NCBI GenBank assembly: GCA_039794845.1
Contig: JAUQVK010000031.1
Location: forward strand, 1 to 10,844
Source: Thermostichus sp. DRC_bins_24
GTDB lineage: Bacteria; Cyanobacteriota; Cyanobacteriia; Thermostichales; Thermostichaceae
Direction: 5' to 3'
Length of the DNA stretch: 10,844 nucleotides
Made by a program: the position numbers and the translations under genes. The notes under the pieces are model-generated. The model saw nothing but the letters and a program-made list of their open reading frames with translations. It did no database searches and was not told the origin of the DNA. Below, piece after piece: positions 1-7,810 of the stretch. Position 1 is the first letter of the stretch; every line of letters begins with the position of its first letter.

Positions 1-30
1 TGGTGTCGGTGTGACTGGATGTAAACTTCT

Positions 31-1332
31 ATGGCCTTGGCGCAGCCGCGATCCCCACAATCTGGGTGGAAAAAGTTCCGGCAAGCGTTTTCTGCCTGGC
101 GCGAGTTCGATGGCATTTTGTTGGCAACGGTGTTGGTCTTAACCGGCATCGGCATCTTGGCCATTCACAGCACCGTCCGGGAACGCCCGATCAGCAACTA
201 CTGGCTGCAGCAGTTGATCATGGCCGGGCTGAGTTTGATCCCGCTGGGGGTGTTGGCCCGGATCCCTTACGAGCGGTTGCTACGCTGGCATTGGTTTACC
301 TACTTCCTGACACTGGCGGGGTTGATCGCCGTCTTGTTTTTCGGTACAGCCGGGGGAGGGGCGGAGCGGTGGATCTCTGTTGCCGGGATCCACATTCAAC
401 CTTCTGAGTTCGCCAAGTTGGGGGTGATCCTCACCCTGGCTGCCATTCTGCACCACTGGCCGATCAGATATTTCAGTCAAATTTGGGTGGCTGTCGCCGT
501 GATTACCCCCCCTTGGGTGCTGATCTTCCTGCAGCCCAACTTGGGCACAGCATTGGTGTTCGTGGTGATTTTGCTAACCATGCTCTACTGGGCTGGAGCA
601 AAGGGCAGCTGGATCATTTTGCTCATGTCCCCTGGAGTGGGGGCGATTCTCTACGGCTTGCACACGCGCCCTGAGCTGAGCTGGATGCTGTGGGTGTGGT
701 TGATCTGGTGCTTGGGCATGGCGGGGCTGGCGGCATGGCGACTTCCTTGGCGCTGGACCGGGGCAATCACGTTTGGGGTGATTAACCTGCTCTCGGGGCA
801 TCTGGGACAAGTGGCTTGGCACTTCCTCAAGCCTTACCAGCGGCGGCGGTTGGAGATCTTCATCGATCCGGCTCAAGAACCCTGGGGATCCGGTTATCAC
901 TTGATTCAATCGCGCATTGCCATCGGGGCTGGCGGCTTTTGGGGACAAGGGCTTCAACAGGGCACCCAAACCCAACTGGACTTTATCCCGGAACAGCACA
1001 CCGATTTCATCTTTTCGGCGATTGGAGAAGAAATGGGCTTTTTCGGCACCCTCACGGTGTTGATTCTGCTTTGGATTTTGTGCGTCCGGCTGATCCTTAT
1101 CGCCCAAGGGGCCAAAGATAATTTTGGATCCCTGATCGCAATTGGGGTGCTGGCAATGATCCTGTTTCAGTCGGTGGTGAATATCGGCATGACGATTGGC
1201 TTAGCTCCGATTACTGGCTTGCCCCTGCCTTTTCTCAGCTACGGCCGCTCTGCCCTACTGACCAATTTTCTGGCGATTGGCCTGGTGGAATCGGTGGTGA
1301 TGCACCGCCAGCGCACCACGTTTTTCACTTGA
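31..1332 (+). CDS. rodA: Rod shape-determining protein RodA (SEDS family peptidoglycan glycosyltransferase)
   Basis: 433-aa polytopic membrane protein with FtsW/RodA/SpoVE motifs: GAERWI, IQPSEFAK, LQPNLGT, GYHLIQSRIAIGAGG, FIPEQHTDFIFS, PITGLPLPFLSYG. PEQHTDFIF and the YQRRRL..F.DP segment favour RodA over FtsW. Confidence 0.9.
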   Translation: MALAQPRSPQSGWKKFRQAFSAWREFDGILLATVLVLTGIGILAIHSTVRERPISNYWLQQLIMAGLSLIPLGVLARIPYERLLRWHWFTYFLTLAGLIAVLFFGTAGGGAERWISVAGIHIQPSEFAKLGVILTLAAILHHWPIRYFSQIWVAVAVITPPWVLIFLQPNLGTALVFVVILLTMLYWAGAKGSWIILLMSPGVGAILYGLHTRPELSWMLWVWLIWCLGMAGLAAWRLPWRWTGAITFGVINLLSGHLGQVAWHFLKPYQRRRLEIFIDPAQEPWGSGYHLIQSRIAIGAGGFWGQGLQQGTQTQLDFIPEQHTDFIFSAIGEEMGFFGTLTVLILLWILCVRLILIAQGAKDNFGSLIAIGVLAMILFQSVVNIGMTIGLAPITGLPLPFLSYGRSALLTNFLAIGLVESVVMHRQRTTFFT

Positions 1333-1384
1333 TCCCTCGGGTGTTTCAAGAAGTCGTGGCAAGGGATCCAGGCTTGCTCCGCGC

Positions 1385-1413
1385 TTGAGCCTGCCAGCCG
1401 AATCCTTTACACT
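1385..1413 (+). promoter_or_regulatory. Putative sigma70-type promoter of acs
   Basis: TTGAGC (1385-1390), a 17-nt spacer and TACACT (1408-1413), ending 45 nt before the ATG at 1459. Confidence 0.5.
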
Positions 1414-1458
1414 ACCCCTTGCTTGGGTCTGTACTTGGATCCCTTCTCACCCGTGGCT

Positions 1459-3417
1459 ATGTCTCAACCCACCCTCGAATCCATCCTGCACGAGCAACGC
1501 CTGTTCCCGCCCCCCACCGCCTTTGCTCAGCAGGCCCGCATCACCCCCGAACGCTACCAGCAGCTTTGCCAGGAGGCCGAAGCGGATCCTCTAGGGTTTT
1601 GGGAGCGGCTGGCCCAGCAGGAGTTGCACTGGTTCCGACCTTGGCAACAGGTATTGCAATGGGATCCGCCACAGGCGCAGTGGTTTGTGGGGGGACAACT
1701 CAACCTCAGTTACAACTGCCTGGATCGCCACCTGGAGAATGGCCGTCGCCACAAAACCGCCCTGATTTGGGAGGGGGAACCGGGGGAGATTCGCACCTTT
1801 ACCTACGAACAACTGCACCGAGAAGTCTGTCGCCTGGCCAATGGCCTCAAGGCCCTGGGCATTCAAACCGGGGATCGGGTGGGGATTTACCTGCCGATGA
1901 TCCCGGAAGCTGCCATGGCCATGCTGGCCTGTGCCCGCATTGGGGCCGCCCATACGGTGGTGTTTGGGGGATTTAGTGCTGAGGCCCTCAAGGATCGCTT
2001 GCGGGATGCGGAAGCCAAAGCGGTGATCACCGCCGATGGCGGTTGGCGCAAAGAGGCCATCGTCCCCCTTAAGCCGCAGGTGGATCTGGCCCTGGCAGAG
2101 GGGGTGCCCAGCGTCGAGAAAGTCCTGGTGGTGCAGCGCACCGGGCAGACAGTGGAAATGACCCCAGGCCGAGATGTGTGGTGGCATGAGTTGGCCCCTA
2201 CCCTCAGCGAGGATTGCCCCGCCCAACCGATGGACTCGGAGGCAATGCTGTTCATCCTCTACACCTCCGGCACCACGGGCAAACCCAAGGGGGTGGTGCA
2301 CACCACCGGCGGCTACAACCTCTACACCCACCTCACCTGCCAGTGGATCTTCGATCTGCGGGAAGAGGATATTTACTGGTGTACCGCTGATGTTGGTTGG
2401 ATCACAGGGCACAGCTACATCGTCTATGGCCCTCTCTCCAATGGGGCAACGGTGTTCATGTACGAAGGAGCCCCCCGACCGTCCAAGCCTGATTGCTTTT
2501 GGGATCTGATCGCCCGCCACCGAATTTCTATTTTCTACACCGCTCCCACGGCGATTCGGGCCTTTATGAAAAGTGGGGAGGCCCTGCCCCGTCAGCACGA
2601 TCTCTCCTCCTTGCGTCTGTTGGGCACCGTCGGTGAGCCCATCAACCCCGAGGCCTGGATGTGGTACCACCGCGTCATTGGCCATGAACGCTGCCCGATT
2701 GTGGATACCTGGTGGCAAACGGAAACCGGCGGCATCATGATTTCACCCCTACCGGGGGTTACCACCACCAAACCGGGATCCGCCACGCGTCCTTTCCCCG
2801 GCATTCAAGCGGATATTGTTGATTTGGAAGGGGATCCGGCCCCGGAAGGGGGCTATTTGGTGATCCGCCACCCTTGGCCAGGGATGATGCGCACGGTCTA
2901 TAAAGATCCGCAGCGGTTCCGGGCCAGCTATTGGGAGAAGATCCCCCCCAAGGACGGGCAGTACCTTTACTTCGCCGGGGATGGGGCCCACCGGGACGAA
3001 GACGGCTACTTCTGGGTGATGGGTCGGGTGGACGATGTCATCAGTGTGGCGGGTCATCGCCTCGGCACCATGGAGTTGGAATCTGCCTTGGTGTCTCATC
3101 CTGCCGTAGCCGAAGCGGCTGTGGTGGGTCGCCCCGATGAAATCAAGGGGGAAGCGATTGTGGCCTTTGTGATTTTGTCGGAGGGCCGGGAGGGCAGCGA
3201 GCCCCTGCGCCAGGAGCTGATGCAACACGTGGTCACGGAAATTGGGGCGATTGCCCGACCCAGTGAGATCCGCTTCACGGAGGCTTTGCCCAAAACCCGT
3301 TCCGGCAAGATCATGCGGCGCCTGCTCCGGGATTTGGCCGCCGGTTCCGGCATTAGCGGCGATACCTCCACCCTGGAGGATCGGGGGGTGCTGGAACGGT
3401 TGCGCCAAGGAGTGTAA
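1459..3417 (+). CDS. acs: Acetyl-coenzyme A synthetase (acetate--CoA ligase, AMP-forming)
   Basis: Motifs [49 protein letters not shown] and [11 protein letters not shown] (acetylatable Lys). Start placed at ATG 1459 ([13 protein letters not shown]) rather than TTG 1423, matching the usual Acs N-terminus and the promoter position. Confidence 0.96.
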   Translation: MSQPTLESILHEQRLFPPPTAFAQQARITPERYQQLCQEAEADPLGFWERLAQQELHWFRPWQQVLQWDPPQAQWFVGGQLNLSYNCLDRHLENGRRHKTALIWEGEPGEIRTFTYEQLHREVCRLANGLKALGIQTGDRVGIYLPMIPEAAMAMLACARIGAAHTVVFGGFSAEALKDRLRDAEAKAVITADGGWRKEAIVPLKPQVDLALAEGVPSVEKVLVVQRTGQTVEMTPGRDVWWHELAPTLSEDCPAQPMDSEAMLFILYTSGTTGKPKGVVHTTGGYNLYTHLTCQWIFDLREEDIYWCTADVGWITGHSYIVYGPLSNGATVFMYEGAPRPSKPDCFWDLIARHRISIFYTAPTAIRAFMKSGEALPRQHDLSSLRLLGTVGEPINPEAWMWYHRVIGHERCPIVDTWWQTETGGIMISPLPGVTTTKPGSATRPFPGIQADIVDLEGDPAPEGGYLVIRHPWPGMMRTVYKDPQRFRASYWEKIPPKDGQYLYFAGDGAHRDEDGYFWVMGRVDDVISVAGHRLGTMELESALVSHPAVAEAAVVGRPDEIKGEAIVAFVILSEGREGSEPLRQELMQHVVTEIGAIARPSEIRFTEALPKTRSGKIMRRLLRDLAAGSGISGDTSTLEDRGVLERLRQGV

Positions 3418-4675
3418 TGCAAGACTTTTCGTAGAATGGAGCATTTTTCCTGCCTTCTAACTCTCTGAATGCCCTCCTTGATGAAGCAGATGGGATACAT
3501 CATTGAAGTTGATTTTGGCTTGAATGACTTGTGCTAGAAATAAGCCTATGATTGAATCGAAGCTATTTCGGATCCCAATGCTCGGTCCTGATGATGTCTC
3601 TGGGCTCAAGGCATTGGTTGACCAAGGAGTCATCAATCCCGAAGAAGTTATCGCGATTTTAGGGAAAACAGAGGGGAATGGTTGTGTAAACGACTTTAGT
3701 CGTGGATTTTCCACTCTTGCATTCAGAAGCTACCTCCAAGAGATAACGGGTAAATCTCACAGTGAACTTAGTAAGCAAGTTGCCTTTGTCATGTCTGGAG
3801 GCACTGAAGGTGTCATGTCTCCTCATGCGGTTGTGTTTACTAATCGGGTAAAGAATAATACACTTCAAGATGAGAAATCCTTCGTGGCAGTATCTGGCTT
3901 TACCCGAGAGTTTCTTCCTGAAGAAATTGGTACTAAATCAATGGTATCCGAGGTTGCAAAGTCTGTCATTAAGTTGATGGATAGCGCAGGCATCGACGAT
4001 CCTGAAGATGTTCATTTCGTTCAAGTTAAGTGTCCCCTTTTAACCTCTGAGCGGATTAACGACGCCCACACCCGTGGTAAACAAGTTGTTACCCATGACA
4101 CTTATAAATCAATGGCTTATTCTAGAGCTGCATCAGCTTTGGGAGTAGGTGTAGCAACAAAGGAGCTAAAAGAGGCCGATATTACTGAACAGGATATTGG
4201 TCATAACTGGAGCTTGTACTCATCGGTTGCATCAACCTCTGCAGGGATCGAATTGATGAATTGTGAGCTTATTTTAATGGGAAATTCACGACTGGGATCT
4301 GGAGAGTATTGGATCGGTCATGGGGTTATGCAAGACAGTATAGATCTTCAGGCCGTTTTGAGAACCCTAAAAAATGCAGGGCTGAATTTTGAGGAGTTGC
4401 CCAATCGAAGGGAACTAAATCGAATCGTAAGTGTCTTTGCCAAAGCGGAAATTAGCTCTACAGGGATCGTGCGCAACCGACGTACAACTGCGTTAACAGA
4501 CTCTGATATTAACCATACCCGCCATGCTCGTGCAGTAGTCAATGCTGTGATTGCTTCGGTGGTGGGCGATCCGATGATCTATGTATCAGGAGGTGCGGAA
4601 CACCAGGGCCCGGATGGAGGTGGCCCGATCGCGGTCATCGTTAGCCAATGAAATCTCATTGAAACATTCCTGTAA
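3418..4675. other. Low-GC, probably horizontally acquired single-gene islet
   Basis: Spot counts of 60-nt lines gave 38-50% GC inside versus about 65% in a line of acs. Codons inside often end in A/T. The shift begins at the acs stop codon and ends before the cysteine desulfurase gene. Boundaries are approximate. Confidence 0.75.
3548..4651 (+). CDS. atzD: Cyanuric acid amidohydrolase (AtzD/TrzD, ring-opening amidohydrolase family)
   Basis: 367 aa from ATG 3548 (an alternative ATG is at 3524). All three repeat units carry their Lys/Arg/Ser motifs: [15 protein letters not shown] and [26 protein letters not shown] and STSAG; FAKAE, TRHARA and [15 protein letters not shown]. The Arg in SRAASALG and HARA and the SGG in the last motif are cyanuric-acid-hydrolase-type, not barbiturase-type. 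Confidence 0.92.
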   Translation: MIESKLFRIPMLGPDDVSGLKALVDQGVINPEEVIAILGKTEGNGCVNDFSRGFSTLAFRSYLQEITGKSHSELSKQVAFVMSGGTEGVMSPHAVVFTNRVKNNTLQDEKSFVAVSGFTREFLPEEIGTKSMVSEVAKSVIKLMDSAGIDDPEDVHFVQVKCPLLTSERINDAHTRGKQVVTHDTYKSMAYSRAASALGVGVATKELKEADITEQDIGHNWSLYSSVASTSAGIELMNCELILMGNSRLGSGEYWIGHGVMQDSIDLQAVLRTLKNAGLNFEELPNRRELNRIVSVFAKAEISSTGIVRNRRTTALTDSDINHTRHARAVVNAVIASVVGDPMIYVSGGAEHQGPDGGGPIAVIVSQ

Positions 4676-4730
4676 CCAGCGAATAGGCGCACTAAGATGG
4701 GGACATTGAATCCTTTGTTTTGGGCTTTTC

Positions 4731-5948
4731 ATGTTGCCTCTGGATCCCGCTCTCTATTTTGACCACAGCGCTACCACCCCCCCTCGGCCCGAGGTGATCG
4801 AGGCGATGCAAAGGGCCATGCAGGAGAGCTGGGGCAATCCCTCCAGTTTGCACGGCTGGGGAGAACGGGCGGCTCTGGCCATGGAACGGGCGCGGCAACA
4901 GGTGGCGGATCTGCTCAATTGTGAGCCGGAGTCGTTGGTGTTCACCTCGGGAGGCACCGAGTCCAATAATCTCGCCCTGTTTGGGGTTGCCCAAGGCTAC
5001 CGGACGCCCCAACATCTGATCATTTCTGCTGTTGAACATTCCTCGGTGGAGAATGCTGCCCGTCAGCTGGAATCTCAGGGGTGGCAGGTGACTCGATTGC
5101 CCGTAGATCCAGCCGGACAGGTGGACCCGCAGGCCTTGGCGCAGGCTTTGCAGCCCAACACCGTCTTGGTCTCGATCCTGCACGGCCAAAACGAAGTGGG
5201 ATCCCTGCAACCGATTGCCGAACTGGGCCGTCTTTGCCGAGAGGCGGGGGTGCTCTTTCACAGCGATGCCGTGCAGACGGTGGGGCGGATCCCGTTGGAT
5301 CTTTCGGAACTGCCCATCGATATGCTCTCCCTTTCGGGCCATAAGCTCTACGGGCCCCAGGGGGTAGGAGCCTTGTATGTGCGTGCGGGGGTGGAGTTGC
5401 GACCTCTGCTGCGGGGGGGCGGGCAAGAACGGCGTCTGCGCTCCGGTACCCAAGGGATCCCTGGGATCGTCGGTTTGGGGGTGGCAGCGGCTTTGGCCGC
5501 CCAGGAATTGCCGCAAGAAACAGCTCGTCTGCGCCGATTGCAGAGCCATTTGGCAAGTTTGCTGGTCAGTGTGCCGGAGTTATTGCCGACGGGGCCGTTG
5601 GATCTGGAGCAGCGGTTGCCCCATCACCTCAGCTACTGCAGCGAAAGGATCCCGGGCAATGTGTGGGTGCAGGGTATGAGCCGCCAGGGTATCGCCATCA
5701 GCGCCGGATCCGCCTGTAGCAGTGGCCAGTTGATCCCCAGTCGCATTCTCTTGGCCATGGGCTATTCAGAAGCAGAGGCGTTGGGGTCGATTCGCCTCAG
5801 CCTTGGCAAGGCCACCACCTTGGCGGCGGTTGAGTCTGTAGCCCGTGGTTTGCGGGCGTTGATCCCTTCGGCTTCGGCATCCGGATGGGATGGTGCAGCT
5901 CAACCCTTGTTGGTCGGCTCCCGTCGTGTCAGCGGGCCAGAAGCATAG
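4731..5948 (+). CDS. iscS: Cysteine desulfurase, group I (IscS/NifS-like, PLP-dependent)
   Basis: YFDHSATTP, GNPSSLH, FTSGGTESNN, HSDAVQ, SLSGHKLYGPQG (PLP Lys), GGGQE..LRSGT and SAGSACSS (catalytic Cys, group I signature). The iscS versus nifS paralogue identity is not resolved. Confidence 0.92.
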   Translation: MLPLDPALYFDHSATTPPRPEVIEAMQRAMQESWGNPSSLHGWGERAALAMERARQQVADLLNCEPESLVFTSGGTESNNLALFGVAQGYRTPQHLIISAVEHSSVENAARQLESQGWQVTRLPVDPAGQVDPQALAQALQPNTVLVSILHGQNEVGSLQPIAELGRLCREAGVLFHSDAVQTVGRIPLDLSELPIDMLSLSGHKLYGPQGVGALYVRAGVELRPLLRGGGQERRLRSGTQGIPGIVGLGVAAALAAQELPQETARLRRLQSHLASLLVSVPELLPTGPLDLEQRLPHHLSYCSERIPGNVWVQGMSRQGIAISAGSACSSGQLIPSRILLAMGYSEAEALGSIRLSLGKATTLAAVESVARGLRALIPSASASGWDGAAQPLLVGSRRVSGPEA

Positions 5949-6002
5949 TGCCTTGTGGGCTGGGTTTGGTTAAGGTATTGGAGAGTTACAGGGCTGGTCG
6001 TC

Positions 6003-6611
6003 ATGGCTGAGATGAGTCCGTATCAGGTGTTGGGAATCAGCGAAGAAGCCTCTTTTGAGGAGATTCAGTCGGCGCGGGAGCAACTCCTAGCCAACTTAAG
6101 CGCCGATGAACAGCAGCAGGAGCGGGTGGAGCAAGCCTACGATGCCATCCTGATGCAGCGCCTACGCCTGCGCAAAGAGGGCAAAATCGCCGTTCCCGAC
6201 CGCATTCGTTACGCCGAACAACGGGCGGCCAACCCTGAGCCGGAGCTGAGTGTGCCCCCACCCGCCAGCAAAACCCCCCGTTGGGTCGACCGTTGGCTGG
6301 ATACGCCTTCTACCACCGATGCCCTTCTGCCCGCGGCCCTGTTGGGGGGGTTAATCGGCTGGGTCGTCTTGGCTCCTGATGAGTATCCTTCGCTGCAACT
6401 GGCGCTGGGGTTGATGGCCTGTATCTATTTTCTGTACCGCAAAGAGCGCCGCTTTGTTCGTTCCTTTCTCTTGGCCTTGGCGGGCCTGAGCCTGGGGCTG
6501 TTGTTGGCCTATGGCATTGCCATTCCCCTCACGGGCGGCGATGCCCCCGGAGCGCTGTTGGTGGGGATCACCTTTGGGGTGATGTGGTTGGTGACCAGTT
6601 TTTTGCGCTAG
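6003..6611 (+). CDS. CPP1-like family protein (chaperone-like protein of POR1; J-like domain plus C-terminal membrane helices)
   Basis: SPYQVLGISEEASFEEIQSAR...VEQAYDAILMQRLRLRKEGKIAVPDRIRYAE is the cyanobacterial/plastid CPP1-like N-terminus (J-like, no HPD), followed by hydrophobic helices. ATG 6003 (or 6012) is preferred over GTG 5955. Confidence 0.85.
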   Translation: MAEMSPYQVLGISEEASFEEIQSAREQLLANLSADEQQQERVEQAYDAILMQRLRLRKEGKIAVPDRIRYAEQRAANPEPELSVPPPASKTPRWVDRWLDTPSTTDALLPAALLGGLIGWVVLAPDEYPSLQLALGLMACIYFLYRKERRFVRSFLLALAGLSLGLLLAYGIAIPLTGGDAPGALLVGITFGVMWLVTSFLR

Positions 6612-7603
6612 CTGTGGGCTTTGATCAGGGCGGCCAATTTGCGCCGCATCAGGATCCCGGGTTTATCCGCCAGCATGTGTTGTTCGGCCTCGAGGTTGAG
6701 GGGTACATCCGGGTGGGTGGTCTCTAAAATATCCCGATCCTCGGCGGCCACGGCCCGATTAAAGCGGAACACCGCATCGGCATCTACCCCAGCCGGGTCA
6801 TCGTTGCGCATGAAAAAGTGGGTAATTTGCGAGGCCGTATCGTCAATGGGGGTGGCAGACATGAAGATCAAGGTAACCAAGCCATTCGGATAGGCAACCC
6901 TGGCCCGATAGGTAAAGGGCAACATCCAGTTTTTCTCGTAAATGCGTAGGGTACGCTCCTCCGGGATCCCGACATTTTGCCGTTGCAGGGGGTTGTTTTT
7001 CACCGGCACGGTGGTGTGGGTGCGGATCCCGTCTTCCAGCTCGATGAGCTCAAAGGAGGCGGGCACCGGATTTTCCGTATCGCCAAAGGTGCCGGTGTGA
7101 ACAATGCTGAAGTGGGCATTGTCGAAGACATTTTCCATCAATCGCAGGCCAGCACAGTCCCAGCGCTCGTTGTAGGTATGCACCCGCCAAAACTGCGGAT
7201 CCTCCACCTCCGGCACCGCCGGAATATCCGCCAAAGGCCGATCCGACAAACACACCCAGACGTAGCCGTAGCGCTCTTGGGCCAAAAAGGCCGGCACCTT
7301 GTAGCTGGCCGGGATCCGTTCCTCGGGTCGGAGTTGCGGCACCTTTACACAGGATCCCTGACGGTTAAATTCCCAGCCGTGATAAGGACACTGAATTTGC
7401 CCCTGGCAGACCTTGCCCTGAGAGAGGCGAGCGGTGCGATGGCAGCAGCGATCCAACATAGCCGCCGGCCGCCCCGCTGCATCCAACCACAACACCAACT
7501 TCTCCCCCAAAAGCTGAAAGGGTTGTGGCCTTTGCCGAAGTGCTTCCAGGGGTAAGGTGGAATACCAAAAGCGGCGCAAGACCGGTTCCTGGGTTACCCG
7601 CAT
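6608..7603 (-). CDS. Rieske non-heme iron oxygenase alpha subunit (VanA/NdmA-like architecture), substrate unknown
   Basis: Rieske motif C-x-H-x16-C-x2-H (DRCCHR...QCPYHGW), mononuclear Fe motif ENVFDNAHFSIVH, and a distal Asp in AAEDRDILE; 331 aa. Confidence 0.9.
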   Translation of the reverse strand: MRVTQEPVLRRFWYSTLPLEALRQRPQPFQLLGEKLVLWLDAAGRPAAMLDRCCHRTARLSQGKVCQGQIQCPYHGWEFNRQGSCVKVPQLRPEERIPASYKVPAFLAQERYGYVWVCLSDRPLADIPAVPEVEDPQFWRVHTYNERWDCAGLRLMENVFDNAHFSIVHTGTFGDTENPVPASFELIELEDGIRTHTTVPVKNNPLQRQNVGIPEERTLRIYEKNWMLPFTYRARVAYPNGLVTLIFMSATPIDDTASQITHFFMRNDDPAGVDADAVFRFNRAVAAEDRDILETTHPDVPLNLEAEQHMLADKPGILMRRKLAALIKAHS

Positions 7604-7631
7604 AGTTCAGGCCCTAAATGAATTTGCCCTC

Positions 7632-7673
7632 AACGTATCAGCTCAGCAGAACCAGTCCGGTAGTGGGCACTAC
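7632..7673 (-). promoter_or_regulatory. NtcA-activated (class II) promoter of the Rieske oxygenase gene
   Basis: GTAGTGGGCACTAC (7660-7673) is GTA-N8-TAC. On the minus strand exactly 22 nt (7659-7638) separate it from TACGTT (7637-7632), a TAN3T -10 box, which is preceded by TGn. The -10 box ends 28 nt before the ATG at 7603. Confidence 0.75.
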
Positions 7674-7810
7674 GATATCAGGTATGCTTTGCAAGAAAAA
7701 ACAGACTTACATTCGTTGTACCCTCTGGGCCAGGAAAATTGACAACAGGTTGTCCCGCATGCACAAGGGATCCAGCCTACACTAGCGGTGGTGGTATCTG
7801 TTTGGGGATC

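Noticed and set aside
1591..2718. 375-aa minus-strand ORF, plus 2749..3444, 574..1107, 4692..5549, 6977..7555 and 8570..9097
   Set aside because: Antisense shadows of well-supported GC-rich genes, with no recognisable domains.
3418..3547. NtcA box, riboswitch or gene remnant upstream of atzD
   Set aside because: No GTA-N8-TAC and no recognisable riboswitch motif. The short frame GAFFLPSNSLNALLDEADGIHH* has no start and no homology I can recognise.
3548..4651. Barbiturase assignment
   Set aside because: [13 protein letters not shown] and [10 protein letters not shown] are cyanuric-acid-hydrolase-type. Barbiturases differ at these positions.
4731..5948. nif or isc Fe-S cluster operon
   Set aside because: No nifU/iscU, iscR, suf or nif genes are adjacent. 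Stand-alone desulfurases are normal in cyanobacteria.
7739..7810. TTG 7739 as the ftsI start; small ORF 7557..7742
   Set aside because: This stretch holds promoter-like elements and the added residues look non-coding. The small ORF overlaps the Rieske start and the NtcA promoter.
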